A stretch of DNA of 14,491 bases from a virus. Lineage: Duplodnaviria > Heunggongvirae > Uroviricota > Caudoviricetes. Made by a program: the position numbers and the translations under genes. This document shows positions 6,957-14,491 of this stretch, piece by piece; positions within the stretch are counted from its first letter, which is position 1; the number at the start of each line of letters is the position of its first letter. Where the stretch lies: the IMG/VR virus record IMGVR_UViG_2579778989_000010; one strand, written 5' to 3'. The notes under the pieces are model-generated. The model was not told the DNA's origin and ran no database searches. It worked only from the letters and a program-made list of their open reading frames with translations.

Positions 6957-7226
6957 ACAACTTAATTCAGCCAGTAATCGCAGGGCGGCGACAGCCGCCT
7001 GCTTGTCACTTCTTTTAGCTATTTCCGCAAGAGTATGCACAATCCATAACGGACTTAACGCCACGGCTGAATCCAGAATCATGTCATCCATAATAATTTC
7101 TGGCATATCCCGCTTGTCACATTCTTTATCCATAAAAGAAACGAATTTCTCTGCATCTTCCGGTTTCATGCCTCCGGCGATAAGGATTTTGCGATATTCA
7201 TAAGACGATCTTAATTCAATACTCAT
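6918..7226 (-). CDS. hypothetical protein (102 aa)
   Basis: ATG with AGGTGA Shine-Dalgarno 5 nt upstream, immediately after the TAA of the preceding gene. Confidence 0.5.
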   Translation of the reverse strand: MSIELRSSYEYRKILIAGGMKPEDAEKFVSFMDKECDKRDMPEIIMDDMILDSAVALSPLWIVHTLAEIAKRSDKQAAVAALRLLAELSCSVNPNTFFDEPG

Positions 7227-7241
7227 TATTCACCTGCCTGC

Positions 7242-7592
7242 TTAATCTGTTTCCAGTGCTTTGCTACGGGCTATAGCCTCACATTCAAAAAATACCGACT
7301 CCGGCACGCGCTCTTTTAATTCACGAACAAGGAAATCATTAACGCGTTCATGACGTCTTATATTTCTTTCCTTTTCCTCCTGGCGCAATACAGCAAGGCG
7401 GTATTCAACAGCCCGGCGTTGTTTCTGAAAGACAGCCAGTGCTTTTCTGGCAGCATTACGCCATGCATCATCGCCACATGGTGCGTATTCAAGCTGAAAT
7501 TTAATCTCTTCAATAGTTTCTTTGATTTTTGCCAGCAAGCTAAGACAGTCGCTTATTGTCTCCAGCTTTTCATTATCAATATAACTTCTCAC
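7242..7592 (-). CDS. hypothetical early protein (116 aa from GTG; charged, probably helical)
   Basis: GTG at 7592-7590 overlaps the upstream TGA (GTGA coupling); the ORF track's longer form from 7634 overlaps the upstream gene by 46 bp. Confidence 0.45.
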   Translation of the reverse strand: MRSYIDNEKLETISDCLSLLAKIKETIEEIKFQLEYAPCGDDAWRNAARKALAVFQKQRRAVEYRLAVLRQEEKERNIRRHERVNDFLVRELKERVPESVFFECEAIARSKALETD

Positions 7593-7918
7593 GCATTCAC
7601 CTCCCGTAATTCCGGTAAAGCCGAAATATGACACCAGTGCGTCACCTGTCCGTCTTCATCTTCAAGGCAGGCTCCGGTTTCTTCATCAACAAAAAAGCCT
7701 TCATACCCCATATGGCCGATGCGCAGCTCCTGACGGTGACCATACTGAACAATCAGCACGACAGCCTCCATATCAGGTGGGAAAGCATCATTCAGTGAAT
7801 GCCAGGGATAACCGCGTAAATCCCCGAAATAAACACCGGTCAGCGTTCCGCCACAGAGCGGCATTCCGGCGGCACACACAAGAGGTTCATCTGATTCAAC
7901 AAATAAGGTCGTTATCAT
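7589..7918 (-). CDS. hypothetical early protein (109 aa)
   Basis: ATG overlaps the upstream stop as ATGA; same strand and tight packing as the rest of the operon. Confidence 0.5.
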   Translation of the reverse strand: MITTLFVESDEPLVCAAGMPLCGGTLTGVYFGDLRGYPWHSLNDAFPPDMEAVVLIVQYGHRQELRIGHMGYEGFFVDEETGACLEDEDGQVTHWCHISALPELREVNA

Positions 7919-8466
7919 GGCGTTAACTCCCGTAATACAGCGTCCTCGGCAGTCCGGCGACGGTAATAAACTGCGTGAGCAGAATGTTCAGATATTCCAA
8001 ACTTTTCGCCAATTTCCCGGAATGACAGACGGCGTGGGTAATCGGAATCACGCAGCGCACGTATAAGACGTACATCATCATCAGATATGCGCGTGCCGGG
8101 GCGTAACTCTCCGCACTTTGTTAATCCAGCACCAATCATTCCTGCCCGACATCTGACAGAATCTTTATTACGTCCGAGATATTCTCCCATTTGCTGGCAG
8201 GTCATTGTTCTGGCATTTTTTCGAATAAACTTATCTTCATCAGGTGTAAATCTTGGGTGTTTATATTTCAGTAACTCCGGGTATGAACTGCGCAATACAC
8301 CAGTCCGGTTATATACAGCCCAGACAGTTCTTTTTATTCTGGCAGCAATATCCTTAACCGGGGTGGATGAATAAAGCGCAATCAGTAGCGCATCTTCTTC
8401 AGGTGTCCACGCGCGGACATGAGCGGGTGTACGACCTTTTCGCCCCATGTGTTGTAAAATCATCAT
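7915..8466 (-). CDS. putative DNA-binding protein with two Myb/SANT-like repeats and a C-terminal helix-turn-helix-like segment (183 aa)
   Basis: Repeats WTPEEDALLIALY...VWAVYNR and RFTPDEDKFIRKN...; C-terminal RLSFREIGEKFGISEHSAHAVYYRR; GGGGGTGA Shine-Dalgarno. Confidence 0.5.
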   Translation of the reverse strand: MMILQHMGRKGRTPAHVRAWTPEEDALLIALYSSTPVKDIAARIKRTVWAVYNRTGVLRSSYPELLKYKHPRFTPDEDKFIRKNARTMTCQQMGEYLGRNKDSVRCRAGMIGAGLTKCGELRPGTRISDDDVRLIRALRDSDYPRRLSFREIGEKFGISEHSAHAVYYRRRTAEDAVLRELTP

Positions 8467-8469
8467 ACA

Positions 8470-8985
8470 TCACCCCCTGACTCGCTTTTCGGCAGCATAA
8501 AACTCATCAGACAGAATTTCGGTCATTTTCCGTTTTGCGGAATCATCTTCGCACTGAAGATAAATCACATTGTCAACGCAGAACCAGTTCACGGGACCAT
8601 ACAATATTGCTGAGAAGTCAATACCCAGCCAGAACAACAGGGCATCGGTTCTGGCATACGTGACGGGCGAATATTCACGCCACAGACTGTTCAGTTCATC
8701 AGAGGCAACACGCAGGGCTTTAGGGATACGTGATGTGCGCGGTGTGCAGCTCCAGCCATTCGACGCAGTCGGTTTTCGCCATAAGTCGCGATGAAAAGGA
8801 TATTTGTCCTCCGTAAAACGCAGTCCCTTAAAACAAAAACCACTGATACTGAATTCAAATACCGACCGGCACGCAACATTCAGCACGGCCTCAAGGCGTT
8901 TCGCCTCATCTTTTACCGTCTGGCAGTCCTGCTGGTATTTTTGCCACGCAGCCAGCGCGGAAGGGTTTGATGTTTTAAAGAACAT
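8470..8985 (-). CDS. hypothetical early protein (171 aa)
   Basis: ATG overlaps the upstream TAA (TAATG); GGAGGTG Shine-Dalgarno. Confidence 0.5.
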   Translation of the reverse strand: MFFKTSNPSALAAWQKYQQDCQTVKDEAKRLEAVLNVACRSVFEFSISGFCFKGLRFTEDKYPFHRDLWRKPTASNGWSCTPRTSRIPKALRVASDELNSLWREYSPVTYARTDALLFWLGIDFSAILYGPVNWFCVDNVIYLQCEDDSAKRKMTEILSDEFYAAEKRVRG

Positions 8986-9518
8986 TACGCCACCTCCGCA
9001 GATATCCCGGCAGGCGCTGCTGTCCGGTCAACAATCAGGTAGCGCAGAACACGCGCGGTGATATTCCAGCCGCTTAAACCGCAGATGATGACACCCAGGC
9101 GAATGTCGATATACGCCATCACAAACTGGGGCACGCCTTCTTTCATGGCCTGCTCATCAACTTCAGCCACCACATAAACGGTTTCACAGGTCAGAACGCC
9201 CTGAGCAAATTCCCACGCCATCGACGGAATATCATGCCCCTCAATCCATGGCAGGGATTTTCTGAAGCTGCACCACTGAACATCATCAGCCGCAGATTCC
9301 TGTCTGCATTTGCGACGAATCGGCTGCACCGGGCGGGGACGCGGAATATCATAAAAACCGTTACATTCCGTCAGCACCCCGGCATCAACCGCATCACGCA
9401 GAAAATAAACCATGGAGGATGGCGGCATATTCATTTTTTCAGCCAGTACGCCGCAGGTCAGACGCCCGTAAATACTCAGCCAGTTTTTAACCCCTTCAAG
9501 CACTTTTGCATCAATCAT
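8985..9518 (-). CDS. hypothetical early protein (177 aa)
   Basis: ATG with GGAGGA Shine-Dalgarno; co-oriented and tightly packed. Confidence 0.5.
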   Translation of the reverse strand: MIDAKVLEGVKNWLSIYGRLTCGVLAEKMNMPPSSMVYFLRDAVDAGVLTECNGFYDIPRPRPVQPIRRKCRQESAADDVQWCSFRKSLPWIEGHDIPSMAWEFAQGVLTCETVYVVAEVDEQAMKEGVPQFVMAYIDIRLGVIICGLSGWNITARVLRYLIVDRTAAPAGISAEVA

Positions 9519-9521
9519 GAA

Positions 9522-10064
9522 TTATTCCTCCGTCAGCGCCACATATTCAGAATGTTTAATTTCCTGGCATTCTTCAGGAATACATCCGTTTATTTCCCTG
9601 CCATAAGCGCCCACTTTAAACACCACGCACAGGGCATCACGGGAGAACGAAGGGGTCCACCAGGAGTCCGTGTTAAACATGGAGGGGATTCTCATTACCC
9701 CCAGCTTTTCACAGAGCCAGACAAGGAAATCAGGACGCTTTCTTAACTCGCGTTCAGCGGCTTCAATCATTGCGGCAATCGCCGGTCCTTCAGGGCATGA
9801 CTCATCAGGTCTGGCTATAAAGCACTGTCCGCCACCGATAAAAGCCACATCATCGCGCTTACGCCAGCCCGCAGGCAGAGCACCGGCAAAATAAAACTCA
9901 CTGATTCTGTCCATGGCGAACGGCTTTAAGCGCAATCCGGCAGCGCCTGTATTTTTCAGTAATGTCCGAAGAATACTGTTGCGTAGCGGTAAAACAGCCT
10001 GTTGATATTTGGTGAAATATTTATTTGTCTGCACACGGTCTAATTTGAAATAAAAATATGCCAT
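9522..10064 (-). CDS. hypothetical early protein (180 aa)
   Basis: ATG with AAGGAA Shine-Dalgarno; preceded by an AT-rich ~100 bp spacer after gam. Confidence 0.5.
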   Translation of the reverse strand: MAYFYFKLDRVQTNKYFTKYQQAVLPLRNSILRTLLKNTGAAGLRLKPFAMDRISEFYFAGALPAGWRKRDDVAFIGGGQCFIARPDESCPEGPAIAAMIEAAERELRKRPDFLVWLCEKLGVMRIPSMFNTDSWWTPSFSRDALCVVFKVGAYGREINGCIPEECQEIKHSEYVALTEE

Positions 10065-10161
10065 ATTTCCGATTCCTTATTTTCAGCTTTCAGGCGCAAG
10101 CAGTCCCCTGACGCGAGCGCCATAATTAAAATGAAGTGATATTTAAATAATTAATGCGGTG

Positions 10162-10692
10162 TTATTTATTCAGTCCGGCATCCTGTTCAAAAGGCTCGAC
10201 ATAAAAACTTTCAGCGCCTTTATTCACCTTTATACCGGCAATGCCTTTCACCGCATCCGGCTCCGCCAGGACGGCTTCCTTGTTCACTTCCTCTTTCGTG
10301 CGGATGAATCGCTCAAGCCCCATACGGCGCAGCGTGTCAATCACACCTTCCACATCACGGCTGACGCTGCATGATGGCGTTCCCAGCCGCCATGACACCG
10401 TTCCGGTGGTCAGATTGGCAGTTTTGGTTTTGCCGCCGTTCGTCAGCTCATCACGGTTGGTTTTACACCAGTCCTGAATCCCTTTAAAAAGCACTTTGAT
10501 TTGCTTTTTAAGATTTTCAATCTGCGGCGTATAACGGGCGGTGATTTCTGCCACTTCATCATTCATCGCCGTTTCCAGGCGCAGCGCCTCTCGCTGAATA
10601 TCGCCCAGGGTGCGGATATCGCGGCTGACTTCTTCGCGGGTCTGCGGTGCGGCCTCGGCTACAGCCTTTAATTTTGTAACGCGTTTTGCCAT
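10162..10692 (-). CDS. gam: Gam host-nuclease inhibitor (Mu Gam / Ku-like DNA end-binding protein)
   Basis: RLETAMNDEVAEIT and NRDELTNGGKTKTANLTTGTVSWR...LERFIRTKEEVNKEA closely match my recollection of Mu Gam; 176 aa; AAGGA Shine-Dalgarno. Confidence 0.8.
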   Translation of the reverse strand: MAKRVTKLKAVAEAAPQTREEVSRDIRTLGDIQREALRLETAMNDEVAEITARYTPQIENLKKQIKVLFKGIQDWCKTNRDELTNGGKTKTANLTTGTVSWRLGTPSCSVSRDVEGVIDTLRRMGLERFIRTKEEVNKEAVLAEPDAVKGIAGIKVNKGAESFYVEPFEQDAGLNK

Positions 10693-10703
10693 TTTGTTTT
10701 TCC

Positions 10704-10997
10704 TTATTGCAATGTATCTGGTGCGTTCTGCAAGGAGCGGCGCTCAATGCTGCTTTTCACCCCCAGAGCCTGCATGGAACCCTGAAGTTCATCTGTCAGA
10801 AACTGAATAATTGTGGGGCTGTGATATTTAAGAATTTGCGCATAAACATCACATGGGCCTGTCGGTCTGTTCTCCGTATCACGTTCGATTTTTACAGTGG
10901 CAGTAACCCCCTCCGTGATTTCCTGACTATCATTACCGGCTGGCTTTACTTCATGCATTACGTGGTTAAATTCAAAAATAACGCGTACTTTGCTCAT
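10704..10997 (-). CDS. hypothetical early protein (97 aa from the internal ATG); N-terminal motif shared with the upstream gene
   Basis: ATG at 10997 has AGGGG Shine-Dalgarno; begins MSKVRVIFEFNHVMHEVK, paralleling MSKVVHIIFEYKEHVIHK of the neighbour. Confidence 0.45.
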   Translation of the reverse strand: MSKVRVIFEFNHVMHEVKPAGNDSQEITEGVTATVKIERDTENRPTGPCDVYAQILKYHSPTIIQFLTDELQGSMQALGVKSSIERRSLQNAPDTLQ

Positions 10998-11001
10998 GGA
11001 A

Positions 11002-11274
11002 TTACCCCTGCTGATTAAATTCATTACCGTTAATAACCCCGGAAGCCATGCCCCTGTCTTTCATGAATGCACTGGCTTTCATTGCCACAAGCTCTGCGAA
11101 GTTTCTGCTTTCCGCGAGCATAACCACCCCAAAAATCATGGCGGGGCCATCACCTTTCTGCTTTATCCCCGTTGAACGTATGTCCAGACTTACCCCCATG
11201 CGCACTGTTCCATCAGCGTTTTTATGGATAACGTGCTCCTTATATTCGAAAATAATGTGTACGACTTTACTCAT
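11002..11274 (-). CDS. hypothetical early protein (90 aa); N-terminal motif shared with the downstream gene
   Basis: ATG overlaps the upstream stop (ATGA); similar first ~18 residues to the downstream gene. Confidence 0.45.
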   Translation of the reverse strand: MSKVVHIIFEYKEHVIHKNADGTVRMGVSLDIRSTGIKQKGDGPAMIFGVVMLAESRNFAELVAMKASAFMKDRGMASGVINGNEFNQQG

Positions 11275-11552
11275 CCTCTGGTCCTCGTTCTGTTTGGATA
11301 ACTGACCCGGCGTCTGACCTCACGGCAGAACCGAATCATGGCATTAAAGGCTTCTTCCTCCGTCACCGCTTCCGGTATCCCCGGAACCAGTAACTGCTCC
11401 TGTTCATCACGTCCATGACGCGCCATAACCTCAATCACATGCCGTACCGTGGCAGGCTTTCCGGCAACTATCGGCAATGCACCTTCCGGCAGGACGTAAC
11501 CAAACTCAATAAGACCACTCGACCACGCCCATGCAATGAGATTTTTTTTCAC
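11271..11552 (-). CDS. hypothetical early protein (93 aa), GTG start
   Basis: GTG at 11552 preceded by GGGAGGTG Shine-Dalgarno; adjacent to the upstream stop. Confidence 0.45.
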   Translation of the reverse strand: MKKNLIAWAWSSGLIEFGYVLPEGALPIVAGKPATVRHVIEVMARHGRDEQEQLLVPGIPEAVTEEEAFNAMIRFCREVRRRVSYPNRTRTRG

Positions 11553-11553
11553 C

Positions 11554-11820
11554 TCACACCTCCCAGTAAACCGTGCAGCCGCTGATGCGGGTGGCCTTCA
11601 CACGGCGGCGCAGGCCGTTGGTCTGTATGGTGATTTCAATTTCACCGGTTCCCTGCACGTTGCCTACCGGCGGCGTGGTTTTCAGTGCAAAACGTTGCGG
11701 ATAGCGCTTACTGCGTTCCAGTACCGCACCGGCAAGTTCGGTCAGACGGCGCGCGCTGTTCAGGGAGTCGAATAAATTCATTTTGTTACCGCAGGATTGC
11801 ATATTCATATAACACCTCAT
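11554..11820 (-). CDS. hypothetical early protein (84-88 aa; start at 11820 or at the internal ATG 11808, which has an AGGTG Shine-Dalgarno)
   Basis: ORF directly follows the kil-like gene; start choice ambiguous. Confidence 0.4.
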   Translation of the reverse strand: MRCYMNMQSCGNKMNLFDSLNSARRLTELAGAVLERSKRYPQRFALKTTPPVGNVQGTGEIEITIQTNGLRRRVKATRISGCTVYWEV

Positions 11821-12042
11821 TTAGCTGACTTGTTTCGCACCAACAGAACGGCATATTCCGCTGTAAACTTCTGTCGCACCTTCGCGATCAAGTCCGGCAG
11901 ATATCACCATTCGTGTGCGGTCATTAAATTCAAAAAGTAAATCGCCACATTCTTTATTTTCGGCCAGTGAAATCACCTTCACGTTATCGAAATTAACCAG
12001 GTAAAAGCGTCCGTAAATATCAGGAATATTAAATACCGCCAT
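11821..12042 (-). CDS. kil: Kil-like small early protein (73 aa)
   Basis: Position immediately downstream of B with overlap of the B stop, as for Mu kil; size ~74 aa; ATG 12042 has AGGTG Shine-Dalgarno. Identity by position and size only. Confidence 0.4.
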   Translation of the reverse strand: MAVFNIPDIYGRFYLVNFDNVKVISLAENKECGDLLFEFNDRTRMVISAGLDREGATEVYSGICRSVGAKQVS

Positions 12043-12044
12043 AA

Positions 12045-12977
12045 TCACACCTGTGAGAGTAATTCAGGGTTGGTATAAACCTCTTTAAAGGCCGCATTAA
12101 TATGTTTTTCTGTCAGCGCCGCGCCTTCACCGCTGGCGGTGAGCCACGCCTGGTTAAGCGTATGTGTCAGAACGCGTAACGCTCCCGGCTTTTCAGCGAT
12201 AGCCTGCATGACGGCCAGCTCGGCCTCACCACTGATCCCCCACGCCATGGCAATGGCCAGCACATCCGCCTTTTTGGCCTTGCGAAGTTGTTTTGTACGG
12301 GCAAGACGGCTGAACAGGCGCGATAAATCATCAAAGGCGCGGCGTCCACCTTTAAACAATCCGCGCGGGTTACCAATAAGCACCATCCCGATCCCCGTGG
12401 CGTCCTGAATTGCCCGGAGTTGCTCCAGACCGTCAATACCAAGATGATCCGCCTCATCCACAATCACCAGTCCACGCGTTCCCATCAGGCGACGGCGGAT
12501 GGCGCGGGATAATGCCCCTTTGTTCGCGCGGGTGTAATCAATCCCCAGCGCATCGGCCAGCTCCAGCAGACACTCCGTGACGCTGGAGTGCGCGGGTGAC
12601 AGGGTGATCATCCAGGTGTTTGGTTGCTCCTGGCAGTAATTACGGGCAGTGGCCGTTTTACCCACACCCGGTACGCCCACAATAACGTTAATACAGCCCA
12701 TCAGGCGAACCGCCTGAAACAGTGCGCGCAGCTCCTGGACTGTCTGAGTTTCCACAAACTGCGGCGGTTCCGGCAGTGCGCTTTGTTTATTCCAGTTCTC
12801 ATACCAGGAGCGCAGGGAAGCAGCCACAGCAGCGTTATCGCCTTTATATTTTCCCTTACGGAAAGCCGATAATGTGCCGTCGGAAATTCCCGCCTCTCTG
12901 GCGATGGCATACTGCGTCAGTACGCCGCCATCAATAAGTTCATCAATGGTCTTGATTACATCGTTAATATCGGTCAT
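12045..12977 (-). CDS. B: MuB-like AAA+ ATPase (transposition target-DNA activator) with N-terminal HTH
   Basis: Walker A GVPGVGKT, VIVDEADHLG (Walker B), KPGALRVL, and N-terminal GISDGTLSAFRKGKYKGDN all parallel Mu B; ~310 aa versus 312 in Mu; GAGGTGA Shine-Dalgarno before ATG 12977. Confidence 0.85.
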   Translation of the reverse strand: MTDINDVIKTIDELIDGGVLTQYAIAREAGISDGTLSAFRKGKYKGDNAAVAASLRSWYENWNKQSALPEPPQFVETQTVQELRALFQAVRLMGCINVIVGVPGVGKTATARNYCQEQPNTWMITLSPAHSSVTECLLELADALGIDYTRANKGALSRAIRRRLMGTRGLVIVDEADHLGIDGLEQLRAIQDATGIGMVLIGNPRGLFKGGRRAFDDLSRLFSRLARTKQLRKAKKADVLAIAMAWGISGEAELAVMQAIAEKPGALRVLTHTLNQAWLTASGEGAALTEKHINAAFKEVYTNPELLSQV

Positions 12978-13059
12978 ATTATTCACCTCGCTTGAGACAG
13001 CATTCTCCGAGACTGAAACCTCAAATAACCTGAGTCACCCCTCGGGTTATTTTTTTATT

Positions 13060-14491
13060 TCAGGCCAGCGGATCACTTTCTTTTAATTTCGCTTCGAGCA
13101 ACTGCAATCCCCGCTGGAAATTACGCTCGTATTCTTCATCAGGTTCATCGTCAGCGACCGGTTGCTGAACGGTCACCGTATTACCCACAGGGCGGTATAT
13201 GTTTTCCAGCCAGGGCTCCTGCGGCTTGTGCTCCAGCACGTTGACAACCTCATCCTCGGCATCACGGATTTTTTCCTCTGCGCGTTTACGCATGCCTTTA
13301 AGGCGCTGCTGCTGTTTGTAGTATTCCGCGCTGACAGGGAAGGCTTCGCGTTTATTGCCGTCCCATATCCGAGTAATACAGAAACGGTTTGCCATGATGG
13401 CGAATACCGTGCTGTATGGCACCGGCTACGGCGAAAACATTTTCAGCCAGGTCAAGGCTCCAGCCCACCACAAAGCGCGTGCCACCGTCGATAACAAAGG
13501 TCACTTCCGGTGCGAATGGCCGCCCGTGAACCGGGTGCGCGCATTTCAGCTTCATGCCGTGACCGTCACCAATCCAGACATAATTCACCGGCATTCTGGA
13601 CCAGTCGCGGCGCGTGAATCCCTCAAGCTGACGGTATTCACTGCCAGTTACCCGGCCTTTTTGTTTCACCACTTCCGGCAGTTTCTTCATTGCGCGGCGA
13701 ATGGTGTCATAAGAGGGCATGATATCGAGCATATAAGGCTCATCAGCGTGCCGGTGCTGCCATTCAGCAACAAAATCCTCGTAAGCCTCGGTCATTGGTC
13801 GGCCGTTTGACTGGCGATACTGCGCCAGAAATTCGGGCAGCCAGTTAATATCTTCGGCTTTTATTTCCTGGCGTTTACCCGGTGCCAGTAAAAGCAGGCG
13901 TTCAGCGGCGTTCTGTGCCTTGTTAAAGGCCGCAATCCAGCGTTTCAGCGTGATTTCACTCAACGCGCGGCTGTTTCCCTTTTTGGCGTTCGCCGTCTCA
14001 ACCATTGCCACAATGCGCTCGTCCAGTTGTGATCGTGCCAGGCTGTTAACGAGGAACCGGATAGCCTTAGCGCAACTAAAGCCGGGTTGTTGCGCGATTT
14101 TCAGCACCTCGCTGACGATCGCTATTCGTGCCTCTGCCACTTTACGTTGGTTTTCAGTCAGGGCATTGAGGCGTTCGACCATCAGTTGGGGTGATCCGCG
14201 ATATGCCTCCACCGCATCAACCACGGCAGGTGAGCGTCTGGCCTTTGTCACCACCGGAGCCGGTGATTCATCGGCTTTTTGCGTCATCAGTTGCAGGGCG
14301 TAGCGTTCACGTAATGCCTGCTGCGTCACTTCAGGTAAACAGTCGATGCTGTATTCAGTTGCTTTAGAGCCTGAGCGACGACGGGAACAACAGCTTTTCC
14401 CTTGTACGTAACGTTGTAATGCCTGGCGAATACCTTTTGTTGTAGCAGGCATTCCGGGCGCGCCAATCAGTTCTTTTGCAATGACATACAT
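13060..14491 (-). pseudogene. A: MuA-like DDE transposase, 5' end at or beyond the window edge, disrupted by an internal deletion and frame change near 13340-13430
   Basis: N-terminal 379-aa frame aligns with MuA from the N-terminal DNA-binding region through the first two catalytic Asp regions (NYVWIGDGHG..., FLYYSDMGRQ) and then hits a stop at 13352; a second frame (13060..13422) encodes the MuA C-terminus (EYYKQQQRLK..., PVGNT..., DDEPDEEYE). About 200 residues including the catalytic Glu are absent. Confidence 0.7.

Larger units (their letters stand above)
1..14491 (-). mobile_element. Mu-like transposable prophage segment (early operon plus right-end module), internally deleted; both phage ends outside window
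   Basis: Minus-strand gene order A, B, kil-like, gam, gemA-like | U', S', gix, gin, cargo, com, mom matches the Mu early and right-end modules with the late module missing. Confidence 0.8.

Noticed and set aside
13005-13060. Hairpin with T-run between A and B as a terminator
   Set aside because: The T-tract is on the plus strand, opposite to A and B transcription; A and B are expected to be co-transcribed.
8087-13810. Plus-strand ORFs scattered through the early operon, B and A
   Set aside because: All antisense to tightly coupled minus-strand genes with RBSs and recognisable products.
1-14491. Phage ends (attL/attR), repressor c and ner
   Set aside because: mom ends at position 1 and A begins at the right edge, so the ends and the c/ner region lie outside the window.
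1-14491. CRISPR arrays, tRNA or rRNA genes
   Set aside because: No regularly spaced direct repeats and no tRNA-like or rRNA-like sequence noticed by eye; the only repeats are short palindromes.

Overview
The window is an internally deleted Mu-like transposable prophage, read in inverted orientation (phage genes on the minus strand), with both phage ends outside the window. All calls rest on reading the ORF translations and DNA by eye against recalled Mu protein sequences; no searches were run. Left to right: mom and overlapping com (1-892); a roughly 3.4 kb block with no Mu counterpart that I know of (small unknown genes plus a 684-aa SASA/SGNH-type esterase, 1149-4281); gin (4367-4939); one gix site followed by a start-less tail-fibre variable segment S' and tail-fibre assembly gene U' (5005-5951); then, directly abutting, the early operon from a gemA/gp16-like gene through gam, kil and B to transposase A (6089-14491). 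No mor, C, lysis, head or tail genes are present, so the late module appears deleted, with the junction near 5975-6235. The transposase also looks disrupted by an internal deletion and frame change near 13340-13430. The most interesting candidates for something new are the esterase cargo between gin and com, a small membrane protein with a possible antisense sRNA (2082-2220), and an AT-rich opposite-strand gene inside the early operon (6546-6956). No rRNA, tRNA or CRISPR array was seen.
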